IMG/VR virus record: IMGVR_UViG_3300015370_000015
Location: 1-63,828 of that record
Source of the DNA: a virus
Lineage: Duplodnaviria > Caudoviricetes
Length of the DNA: 63,828 nt
Strand: one strand, 5' to 3'
Below are positions 18,138 to 26,562 of this stretch, in pieces (positions within the stretch are counted from its first letter, which is position 1; every line of letters begins with the position of its first letter). The translations under genes were made by a program, and so were the position numbers. The notes beneath the pieces are model-generated. The model ran no database searches. It had not been told where the DNA came from and saw only the letters and a program-made list of their open reading frames with translations.

Positions 18138-20603
18138 CTATGAGCATTTTGAAAACCCACAACTCATACACATTATGCAACCTTCTTGATAAATCAAATG
18201 ATTTTTGCAATGTGGGCACTTATGAAAACCAGACACAGATTCTCCATTTTTTATATATTTTTTTAATGTTCTTGATATCACTACATTAAATGAAAACATA
18301 TCAGAACCTTCATCTTTGCTCAATTGCTCACATACAAATTTAACATTTGCTCCATGACGTAAAGACAAAGAAATCATTCTAGTAAACGATTCATGCTCTG
18401 GATTCATAAATATCTTTGTAAAATCTTTGATGATTAATTCATCATCACCTTCGCCAAGATATAAATCATATAAAGATCTTACGGTTTTGCGCTTTCTTTT
18501 TACAACTTTTCCTACCTTGAGTTTTTTTGGTATATGAATATTTTCGGCTAATCCTCCAAATATTTCAAAGGGCTTTTCTTCCATTAGGCCAATTAAAATT
18601 ATCCATTGTTGACTTTTAATCGTTGATCTATGAATTTCGCAATTGAGGACTCTTGGCCTCTTTGGTGCATTGTACTGTTTAAATTTATCTTCTTTTGTAA
18701 TTAAAACATTAGAGCGTGAGTTATCACGATAAACAGTCATGCCCTTCAACCCAAGTTTGTGTCCAAGTAGATAACAATCACTCACAACTTGTTTATCAAC
18801 ATTTTCAGGCAAATTAATTGTCTTTGATATACTATGGCATACCCATTTTTGAGCAACAGATTGTATTTCAACAGATTTTTTCCAATCAATATCATGAGCA
18901 ATTGATTTATAATATGGGGATTTTTCAACATCTTTGCAACCAGTTATGGTTTCCCAAACGGAATAACCGTGATGCTTTATATCATATTCTACCCATTTAT
19001 CCCCAAGTTCGTCAACATGACAAATTTCTTTGGATTCTGCCTCTGAATCATTTAGAATTTTTCTTCTTCTTTTATACTTTAATTGAAAAACAGGCTCTAT
19101 TCCACTTGTTGTTTTTGTACAAATAGAGACCGATCCAGCTGGTGCAGTTGTTGTATTTGCAATATTCCTTCTACCATATTTTAAATAAAGTTCCTTGAGT
19201 TCAAAGTCAGAGTTTATAACCTTGTTAATGAATTCATTATCCTTTTCTACTTCCCGCGAAAACATTGGAAATGTACCACGCTCTTGAGCTAATTTACAAG
19301 AGGATTTGTATGAATTTATCTCAAGACATTTATATATCTCTTCAGTTAAATCAATTGCTTCTCTTGAATCATATTTGAGATTCAACATGGCAAGTACGTC
19401 ACCAAGGCCAGTTTGACCAAGTCCTGTTCTTCTTCCATCTTGCGCTGCTTTTTTAAACTTATTCCACAAGTTTAATTCAGTACTCTTTATTTCAAGTGGT
19501 TCTAGGTCTTCATTGGCAATTTTATTTATTATTTTTTCTATCTTTTCCAATTCAAGATCAACTAGATCATCCATTAGTCTTTGCGCAATTTGCGCCATAT
19601 GAGCAAACAACTCAAAGTCAAAAATAGAACAATCAGAAAATGGATTTTTAACAAAAGAAACTAAATTGAGAAGCAACAACCTACAACTATCAACACCCAT
19701 TGGAATTTCACCACATGGGTTTGTTGAAGTCTCTTCCCACATTTCATCAATGATCTTATATGAATTTGCAGGACTATTTTTATGTATTGTATCAATAAAT
19801 AAAATGCCAGGATCACCATTTTCATATGCTGCATCAATGAATTGATTCCAAACTTGTTTTGCTTCTATTTCTGCTTTAACCAAATATTTATCAGCATTTG
19901 GAAACACTGGAAATCTTAATTCATATTTTTCATCGTTTTCTAACTTTGCAAAGAATTCATCAGTAAACATTACTGATAGATTCATGCCAGTTACTTTTTT
20001 CCTATCCCTCTTTATGTTAATGAAATCAAGTATCTGAGGATGGTGGCAAGAAATGCAACAAATGCCTGCACCGCGTCTACCATTTTGCGCAACTTCGCGA
20101 ATAGAATTTGAATATCTTTCTAGGAAAACTTCAATTCCATCAGTGGTCTTTGCTGCATTGTTTGTCAATAAGCCTTTTGGTCTTAAATTAGAAATATTGA
20201 AACCAATTCCAGCACGTCTTTTTGCTAGCTGCACAATATGTTCATCTGTTTTTAAAATTCCACCGTATGAATCATATGGTGGTTCTATTACAAAACAATT
20301 ACCCAAGCTTTGAACAAAATGTTCGTTACCTATTCCAGACATTGGACTACCTTGAGGAACTATGTACTTAAAATTCTTTAAGGTTTCATATATTTCATTT
20401 TCTGTTAAAGGGTTTGAATATCTCGCTTCTATTCTCGAAAATTCCTTTGCAAGTCTTTTATGCATATCGTCAGGTGTTCTTTCAAGATATTCCCCTTCTT
20501 TATTTTGAAGCGCATATTTGTTTATCCAAACTTCAGTTGCAAGTATATCATTATTAAAGTATTCTAGTGTGTGTTTGTAAACTTCTCCATGTGAATATTT
20601 CAT
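18138..20603 (-). CDS. nrdJ: class II (adenosylcobalamin-dependent) ribonucleotide reductase
   Basis: NCFV, RRGA, catalytic TNPCGE, RRTGLG, TTAPAGSVS, SISKTINLP, KGMTVYRD, a TSCPD-like domain and C-terminal CxxC..CxxC. No beta subunit nearby. Confidence 0.9.
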   Translation of the reverse strand: MKYSHGEVYKHTLEYFNNDILATEVWINKYALQNKEGEYLERTPDDMHKRLAKEFSRIEARYSNPLTENEIYETLKNFKYIVPQGSPMSGIGNEHFVQSLGNCFVIEPPYDSYGGILKTDEHIVQLAKRRAGIGFNISNLRPKGLLTNNAAKTTDGIEVFLERYSNSIREVAQNGRRGAGICCISCHHPQILDFINIKRDRKKVTGMNLSVMFTDEFFAKLENDEKYELRFPVFPNADKYLVKAEIEAKQVWNQFIDAAYENGDPGILFIDTIHKNSPANSYKIIDEMWEETSTNPCGEIPMGVDSCRLLLLNLVSFVKNPFSDCSIFDFELFAHMAQIAQRLMDDLVDLELEKIEKIINKIANEDLEPLEIKSTELNLWNKFKKAAQDGRRTGLGQTGLGDVLAMLNLKYDSREAIDLTEEIYKCLEINSYKSSCKLAQERGTFPMFSREVEKDNEFINKVINSDFELKELYLKYGRRNIANTTTAPAGSVSICTKTTSGIEPVFQLKYKRRRKILNDSEAESKEICHVDELGDKWVEYDIKHHGYSVWETITGCKDVEKSPYYKSIAHDIDWKKSVEIQSVAQKWVCHSISKTINLPENVDKQVVSDCYLLGHKLGLKGMTVYRDNSRSNVLITKEDKFKQYNAPKRPRVLNCEIHRSTIKSQQWIILIGLMEEKPFEIFGGLAENIHIPKKLKVGKVVKRKRKTVRSLYDLYLGEGDDELIIKDFTKIFMNPEHESFTRMISLSLRHGANVKFVCEQLSKDEGSDMFSFNVVISRTLKKYIKNGESVSGFHKCPHCKNHLIYQEGCIMCMSCGFSKCS

Positions 20604-20613
20604 TTTTCACCGT

Positions 20614-21981
20614 TTATATAATTTTAAATTTCCTTTTTTTCGCCAATTTTTTGACAGTTTTATTGGACACATATTCTTCATCTTCACCAGATGAATCATC
20701 TGGTGATTTATATTCTCCAAGTATATCTATTTTAACACGACTTGTATCTATAAATGCTGAAAAAACCAATCCATCTACACCGTTCCTATTCTTTGCTATA
20801 AAAAATCTACCTTCATTTTTTTGTCTATCTTCGACCGTTCGAGATAATGTAAATATAAAATCAGCAATGAAACATTTATTAAATGCTTCTGATATTGATT
20901 CTAATGTTATTATTTCTACATTACACCCACCTCTGTTCGATTGACTAACTGTCCAAAGTGGACTATTAAATTCTTTAGCGATTGCACGCAATTCTTCATA
21001 GATTGATTCAAGTTCAAATCTCTTTTCCCCATATGCTTTCATTGGTTTTAGCAAATCTCCATAATCAACTAAAATCAAATCCACATGCTTACCAATCTTT
21101 TTCATTTTCTCTAAATGCATTCTTAGTGAATTTGGAGTTACTGATTTTGTTGGATATTCTTTTATCGTTAATTCTCCTTTTATTTTTTTTATACTTTCCA
21201 AGACTTGCTGCTTGTTTGATTTTAAAAAATCAATTGGTATATCTGTTAAACAACTATCAAAACGTAATCCTATTTCATTTGCATCAAGCTCAAGCGTATA
21301 ATATACAACATTTTTGCCCATCTGCAATGCAGTAGAACCTAAATTACATAAAACCATTGATTTTCCTGCGCCAGTACTCCCTATTAAAACACCAAGCTGG
21401 CCTTGTTTCAATCCCCCCTTCATCAAAGCATTTATTTTTGGCCAAGTTGTTGGCACGCTTCTTCTTGAATCTTCTTGATATCTTTCTTCAAAATCATTAA
21501 TTAGATCATTTCCTACATTATTATCAATACCAAGCTTGATTGCAGTCTTTATTTCTTTTGTGATTTCATCATAAGAAGAGCGTTGAATATGCTCAAGTGA
21601 TTTTGCAAGTGCTTTTAATAGTGCTTGCTTTTTGCAAAATTCTAATGCCGTTTCTTTAATATATTCTTTATCTGTAATATTAGATTTGTTTTCAATATTT
21701 TCAATGTATTCAGAAATTATCTTTCGTTCTGCTTCATCATTTATTTCATTTGCAAACAATACTTTTAAAATTTCTAAAGTTGGGTGAGTTTTATACTTTT
21801 CTTTATATTCCTTTATTTTTAACACAAAGATCTGCAAGTGTTTGAATTCTAAAAACTCTGGTGCTAACACTTCAAAAATTTGTTCAGAGAACGCACGTTC
21901 TTCCAAAATTATTTGGCAAAGGGATTCTTGGAAATATTTTCCAAATTTAGCAAAACCATCATTTTTATTATTGTTTTTCAT
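20614..21981 (-). CDS. replicative DnaB/gp41-like helicase
   Basis: Walker A GSTGAGKS, YTLE, Walker B LILVDYGD, SQSNR and KNRNG. Confidence 0.92.
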   Translation of the reverse strand: MKNNNKNDGFAKFGKYFQESLCQIILEERAFSEQIFEVLAPEFLEFKHLQIFVLKIKEYKEKYKTHPTLEILKVLFANEINDEAERKIISEYIENIENKSNITDKEYIKETALEFCKKQALLKALAKSLEHIQRSSYDEITKEIKTAIKLGIDNNVGNDLINDFEERYQEDSRRSVPTTWPKINALMKGGLKQGQLGVLIGSTGAGKSMVLCNLGSTALQMGKNVVYYTLELDANEIGLRFDSCLTDIPIDFLKSNKQQVLESIKKIKGELTIKEYPTKSVTPNSLRMHLEKMKKIGKHVDLILVDYGDLLKPMKAYGEKRFELESIYEELRAIAKEFNSPLWTVSQSNRGGCNVEIITLESISEAFNKCFIADFIFTLSRTVEDRQKNEGRFFIAKNRNGVDGLVFSAFIDTSRVKIDILGEYKSPDDSSGEDEEYVSNKTVKKLAKKRKFKII

Positions 21982-22000
21982 AAAAAAAATCCCTTTAAAG

Positions 22001-22975
22001 TCAATGGGTTTTATTATATATCATTCTTCTAAATGTTTGAAACAAAGTTGTCAAATCTATTGAATTATTGATTCCATCTTTTGATAACATCAAGAGAGTT
22101 TTAGTCTTATTAAATCTTGGAACAAAGTTTCCAAACGAATAATCTATTTTTTCTCTATTGCAACTAGAAATCATTGGATTGTGTAGTTGCATCAAAGAGT
22201 AATTATTCTCTATTAGTTCCTTTTGTTCAATTATTAATCTGTAAAATTTAGAATTATTGATATGTGTTGAACAATATTCAATAATATCTTCCAATAAAAA
22301 TGTATTCTCTTTTTCCAAAAAAGGCAAACATGTTGACAACCTTTTGAACCCAAGTCCTTTGACACCACCTATATTATCTGATAAATCACCTGTAATTGCT
22401 TTAGCCATCGCAAAATTATTAGGATGTATTCCAAACTTTTCTATTGCCTTATTTCTATTTAATATTTCTTTTGCAACAGGCCGATATAAAATTGTCTTTG
22501 AGTCTAATAATTGGACAAAGTCTTTGTCACTAGATAGAATTACTTTTTGCCAGTCTTTATAGTGAGTTGAATTTGTTGCATACGCAACAACATCATCGGC
22601 TTCTACATATTCAACCATGAATTGCTGGACTGGAAATTCGTTAAAATATTCCATTAATCTAACCATTTGCCATAGTTTATTATTTTCTTCTTCTTCCTCT
22701 GTCATATTTTGAATATTTCTGTTCAGTCTTATTGGTTTTCTATTCTTCTTATATTCGCTATATTTAGCTCTTCTTCTTTGCGAGCCTTCTATTCCATCCC
22801 AACAAATTATAATTTCATCAGGAAATACTTCTTTGCATATTTTTTGAAGAATCTTAAATGTTCCAACTATCCCACCAATATGTTTCCCTGTTGTTTCGCT
22901 TATAGTTGGAACAGCCATGTACGATCTTATAAATTGATTGTTTTGATCAACTATTAATAGTCGTTTGTTATTCAT
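22001..22975 (-). CDS. 5'-3' exonuclease / flap endonuclease (T4 RNase H / PolI N-domain-like)
   Basis: LLIVD, WD, YKKNR, EADD, SSDKDF and GDLSDNIGGVKGLG (H3TH). Confidence 0.92.
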   Translation of the reverse strand: MNNKRLLIVDQNNQFIRSYMAVPTISETTGKHIGGIVGTFKILQKICKEVFPDEIIICWDGIEGSQRRRAKYSEYKKNRKPIRLNRNIQNMTEEEEENNKLWQMVRLMEYFNEFPVQQFMVEYVEADDVVAYATNSTHYKDWQKVILSSDKDFVQLLDSKTILYRPVAKEILNRNKAIEKFGIHPNNFAMAKAITGDLSDNIGGVKGLGFKRLSTCLPFLEKENTFLLEDIIEYCSTHINNSKFYRLIIEQKELIENNYSLMQLHNPMISSCNREKIDYSFGNFVPRFNKTKTLLMLSKDGINNSIDLTTLFQTFRRMIYNKTH

Positions 22976-22998
22976 AATACACCTCTAAATATATCAAG

Positions 22999-23070
22999 CG
23001 CCTCCACCAAGACTCGAACTTGGAACCGTTGGCTTATAAGGCCAATGCTCTACCCTTGAGCTATGGAGAC
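22999..23070 (-). tRNA. tRNA-Ile(UAU)
   Basis: Cloverleaf with acceptor GTCTCCA/TGGAGGC, anticodon arm TTGGC-CTTATAA-GCCAA and T arm CCAAG-TTCGAGT-CTTGG. CCA is not encoded. Confidence 0.85.
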
Positions 23071-23076
23071 ATAGAA

Positions 23077-23149
23077 AGCCCTTGTTGGGATTTGAACCCA
23101 AGACCGTTGGTTTACAAAACCAGTGCTCTGCCTACTGAGCTACAAGGGC
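23077..23149 (-). tRNA. tRNA-Thr(UGU)
   Basis: Acceptor GCCCTTG/CAAGGGC, anticodon loop TTTGTAA and T arm TTGGG-TTCAAAT-CCCAA. Confidence 0.9.
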
Positions 23150-23158
23150 AAGAATAAA

Positions 23159-23263
23159 TCATATTTGCTTTACTAAAAAGCTAAATATATAAGGCAAGAC
23201 AGAAGAAATACCAAGCCACACCATAATTAGTACTTTAGATAAAACCAAAAACATTTTAATCAT
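23159..23263 (-). CDS. possible small membrane peptide (34 aa)
   Basis: MIKMFLVLSKVLIMVWLGISSVLPYIFSFLVKQI. It overlaps the recA stop and fills the gap before the tRNAs. Confidence 0.35.
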   Translation of the reverse strand: MIKMFLVLSKVLIMVWLGISSVLPYIFSFLVKQI

Positions 23264-24350
23264 CTTTCTTGTCATAATTATATAACAACACTTGATCCAA
23301 TAATTGCAATACTCTATTTTCAAATTTAACTTCTTTGAGTTTTTCAATCCAATTTAATTTAGTAAAACTCTCAGTTGTGCCATTCTCATATGCTAAAGTA
23401 TATCGACCACGATTATTTTCAATGGATTCAGAGGATTCAATTGCGTCTAGCCAAGATTCTTTATCGCATATGCCAACACTTGACCCACCCCACAATAGCT
23501 GCAATGTGCAGCGCCTTCCTTCACTGCCACCAATTTTAGATTTTTTGAGTAAAACTTTCACAGTACTGCCAATTCTATCACCCTTATCGTTTTCAATAAA
23601 TGAAGCCTTCGATTTTGGTTTTGTCAACCAAATTCTCAATGAATAAAAATATAAAGGCGATTTTCCACCTGGTGTCATATATGGCTCTGTAAACTGTTCT
23701 CCAAAATTGGTTGTAATGTTAGTTTTAAGTTGATTTATGACCAATAGCGTTGAATCTGTATCCTTAAGTAAAGATGTTAGCTTTGGAAACCCAGTTGATA
23801 ACACGCGCGCTTTTATTGCTATTGTGGATTGTGGGTTAAAATCACTTTCAAGTTCACTTTTTGTTGGCGTTGCTGCCAAACTATCCCAAATAAATAAAAT
23901 TCTTCTTGCGCCAGCACCTAAGATGGTTTCAATTTTCTCCATTATATCTTCAACCGTTGAAGGTTCTACTTTAACAATGCCACCAACATTTGCCCTTTGC
24001 GCAAAAATTCCATCAAGTGTTCGCTCTGCATCAAAATAAACCACCTGCATTGGGTTTTCCATTTTTTGCGCATTGCCAGCAATAATTGTTGCCAATAGTG
24101 ACTTACCAGTTGCTTCAAATCCTGCAATTTCAACCATGCGCCCAAGTGGAATTCCACCAACTTTTGTAGTTCCTATGATTCTATCAAGCCATTTTGATCC
24201 AGTTGGAATAAATTCTTTAATAGTATCTTCATCATCTAAAATATTAGCCACATTTCTACCAGTTGTTTTATTTAGAATATCACATATTTGTGATAATTCA
24301 AGCTTGCCAACATCATTACTCACTATGATTTTGCTTTTGCGTTTTGCCAT
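23256..24350 (-). CDS. recA: RecA/UvsX-like recombinase
   Basis: IPTGS..LD, GGIPLGRMVEIAGFEATGKS, DAE, WDSLAA, INQ and TPGG motifs. The likely start is ATG 24350. Confidence 0.92.
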   Translation of the reverse strand: MAKRKSKIIVSNDVGKLELSQICDILNKTTGRNVANILDDEDTIKEFIPTGSKWLDRIIGTTKVGGIPLGRMVEIAGFEATGKSLLATIIAGNAQKMENPMQVVYFDAERTLDGIFAQRANVGGIVKVEPSTVEDIMEKIETILGAGARRILFIWDSLAATPTKSELESDFNPQSTIAIKARVLSTGFPKLTSLLKDTDSTLLVINQLKTNITTNFGEQFTEPYMTPGGKSPLYFYSLRIWLTKPKSKASFIENDKGDRIGSTVKVLLKKSKIGGSEGRRCTLQLLWGGSSVGICDKESWLDAIESSESIENNRGRYTLAYENGTTESFTKLNWIEKLKEVKFENRVLQLLDQVLLYNYDKKDD

Positions 24351-24357
24351 AAATTTG

Positions 24358-24392
24358 AAAACTTGGGCCAACTAGAATAGTCAGCCCAAGTT
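24358..24392 (-). terminator. intrinsic terminator-like hairpin between ssb and recA
   Basis: Minus strand AACTTGGGCTGACTA-TTC-TAGTTGGCCCAAGTT (two G-U pairs), ending in a T run. Confidence 0.65.
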
Positions 24393-24401
24393 CCTTTCCT
24401 T

Positions 24402-25166
24402 TTAGTTGTTTAGAAGTTCATTAAATGCATTGCTTACAACATCAACCTCTACTTTCTTGCTACCATACTTAGCAACTTCTTCATCCATGTTCTGTTGAGC
24501 AAGATACTCATTCAAGTACTGTTTTACTTCATCAGGAGTCTTACGAACAAACTGTGCTTCCACATCAGGAATATTATCCAAAAATTCTTGAGCAGTCTTC
24601 TTGTTTTTGTGAAGTGGCGTTACCTTCATGCTAGGCATAACATCGATATCATGGAAAATTTTCCCCTTGGTTTTACTCAATGTCACAGTAAGATCCCTTC
24701 CAGTGTCAGGATCAGTAAAATCACCAACTTCTGGATTTTCAACAAGAGTAATTAGCCTTTGGTAGACAGTGCGACCAAATGACCAAATTTTTGGACCTTC
24801 ACTTTCCTTTTCGCGATCCACAACAACAGCATAGAAGCGCTCTGATGGAAGAAATACATCTTTTGCCAACTTTTCTGCTTCTTTATCACCTGTCGCCTTT
24901 GCTTCGTTCCAAAGCTCAAATCCAAATGTACATGCTTCACAATGTTCGCCAAATTCAACACGCGGACAAAGGAAACCACCACGCGTAAGCTTGTAATGCA
25001 GTGTGCGAACCCAAAATGGATCACCGCTAGCTTCAGGTAGAATACGCAAATTGTAACTCAAATTCTTACCAACTTCTGGTCTGTCAAACCTAAGCCAAAC
25101 ATTTTGACTGTTATTGCCAAAATTTTTATCAAGACGGGCTTTAATTTTATTAAGATCAATAGCCAT
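24402..25166 (-). CDS. single-stranded DNA-binding protein, T4 gp32-like
   Basis: LRILP, Zn ligands H...C...C..C (LHY, FLCP, HCEAC), GPKIWSFG, DPDTGRDL and a C-terminal AFNELL tail. Confidence 0.85.
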   Translation of the reverse strand: MAIDLNKIKARLDKNFGNNSQNVWLRFDRPEVGKNLSYNLRILPEASGDPFWVRTLHYKLTRGGFLCPRVEFGEHCEACTFGFELWNEAKATGDKEAEKLAKDVFLPSERFYAVVVDREKESEGPKIWSFGRTVYQRLITLVENPEVGDFTDPDTGRDLTVTLSKTKGKIFHDIDVMPSMKVTPLHKNKKTAQEFLDNIPDVEAQFVRKTPDEVKQYLNEYLAQQNMDEEVAKYGSKKVEVDVVSNAFNELLNN

Positions 25167-25179
25167 TTTTCAACTCCTA

Positions 25180-25455
25180 TTAATTGTTTTTTGTAAAATA
25201 CGCGTCAAGCAAAGTAGAAATATCAGTTTCATACTGAAGAACCGTTGAAGACGTTGCATGATTAAACACCCTGAAATCATGCTTTTCCATATCCCATACT
25301 AGTTCTGAATTTGCTGGCAATCGCCATTTCCTCGTACTGGCACCCTTAGAAAAGATATTCTTAGTATACTTCTTCGGAATATCTTCCAATTTTGCGAAAG
25401 TCATAGTTCGCGTACTACCATCCTTCTTTACGAATTTTCCCATAAAATACCTCAT
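25180..25455 (-). CDS. SH3-fold phage protein (DUF2693/WYL_2-like)
   Basis: FVKKDGSTRTM...VWDMEK.DFR.F pattern. Confidence 0.65.
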   Translation of the reverse strand: MRYFMGKFVKKDGSTRTMTFAKLEDIPKKYTKNIFSKGASTRKWRLPANSELVWDMEKHDFRVFNHATSSTVLQYETDISTLLDAYFTKNN

Positions 25456-25474
25456 GATAATTCTCCTAGTGCTA

Positions 25475-26299
25475 TTAAGGTTGTATTAATGATGTATATC
25501 CAACACAATATACATATGGCTGTTCATACTTTGTTTCATATACTGCACATGAAACATTGTTTCCTTTTTTGATTTGTTCTGTGATGCGATGAAACAATTG
25601 TTTGTCACTTGACAGTTGTTTTTCGCTCATGAGATAAATATAAAACTTCTGTTGCAGTTTGTCAACTGGAAAAAAACTTTTTTCTTCCATCGAAGAAGGA
25701 TCTACAATAGACAATACACCAACCCTACATGTTTCATACGGAATGTCAATGGAGCCAAACACTGGTTTATTATGAATAAACACGTTGATCATATGAAATG
25801 TATCAACAATAGTTTTGTTGATAATATCATAATATGATGTAATTAAAAAATCACCAAGCAGATTAATAATTTGTGAATTGGAAAACAAGAAAACTCTTTC
25901 TAATTTTCCAGAACGAGCATATTGTTGTAATACGTTATAAACCAATTTCTCTTGCTGAATTTTTGTTAAAGAAAGAAATTCCAAATTTGGCCTTACATAA
26001 AGCACTGTTATATTTTTGTTTTTTATTGTGCTCAAAATTCGCAACAGCGCCCCATTGATTGCACCAGAGCCAGTTGTAATTAAAAAAACTTCTTGATTAA
26101 CATTACTCAAAAAATTCGATATTTTCCTAACTGGGCACTTTGTTTCGTACCGCTCCATTGATGAACAAGTAGGCAAATGGAAAAAGTTGCCTTCTCGTTC
26201 ATCAGTGTCGATTAATCTAACATCATAATATTGATCATAGTTGGAAAACAATGAAGCAATATTGCAACCACCGTTGCCAAGTCCTATTATCGTTTGCAT
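25475..26299 (-). CDS. tubulin/FtsZ-family GTPase-like protein (PhuZ/TubZ-like)
   Basis: IIGLGNGGCNIA (T1 loop), LIDTD, TTGSGAING (degenerate T4 signature loop), V.P, FSN and YDIINKTI. Confidence 0.7.
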   Translation of the reverse strand: MQTIIGLGNGGCNIASLFSNYDQYYDVRLIDTDEREGNFFHLPTCSSMERYETKCPVRKISNFLSNVNQEVFLITTGSGAINGALLRILSTIKNKNITVLYVRPNLEFLSLTKIQQEKLVYNVLQQYARSGKLERVFLFSNSQIINLLGDFLITSYYDIINKTIVDTFHMINVFIHNKPVFGSIDIPYETCRVGVLSIVDPSSMEEKSFFPVDKLQQKFYIYLMSEKQLSSDKQLFHRITEQIKKGNNVSCAVYETKYEQPYVYCVGYTSLIQP

Positions 26300-26562
26300 T
26301 TTAAAATATCTCTATCAATAATGTTTGTAACCATTTCAAATAAAAGTTCCCAATATTCATTGCTTGCTTTGAAATCCTCAAGAATATCAAAGTCTTCAAT
26401 GGTATGAAAAAATCTTGTTTTAATATTTGGCATTAAATTAAATGATTTATCATCAAATAAAACATAATATCCATTTGTTCCAATCGTGTCAACAATGGGC
26501 ATTAAGGATATCGAATGTTCTTTATATCTATTTTTCAGTTTTGTCAATAATTGTTTTTCCAT
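26287..26562 (-). CDS. hypothetical protein
   Basis: 91-aa ORF overlapping both neighbours. Confidence 0.55.
   Translation of the reverse strand: MEKQLLTKLKNRYKEHSISLMPIVDTIGTNGYYVLFDDKSFNLMPNIKTRFFHTIEDFDILEDFKASNEYWELLFEMVTNIIDRDILKCKR

Noticed and set aside
21999-22054. TTGACT/TTGACA hexamers upstream of the helicase gene
   Set aside because: There is no convincing -10 element at 16-18 nt spacing.
4499-24350. Bacterial chromosome or prophage origin of groEL, guaB, dnaE and recA
   Set aside because: The genes are divergent, interleaved with phage genes on one strand, and contiguous with a T4-like virion module. No integrase or att site was seen.
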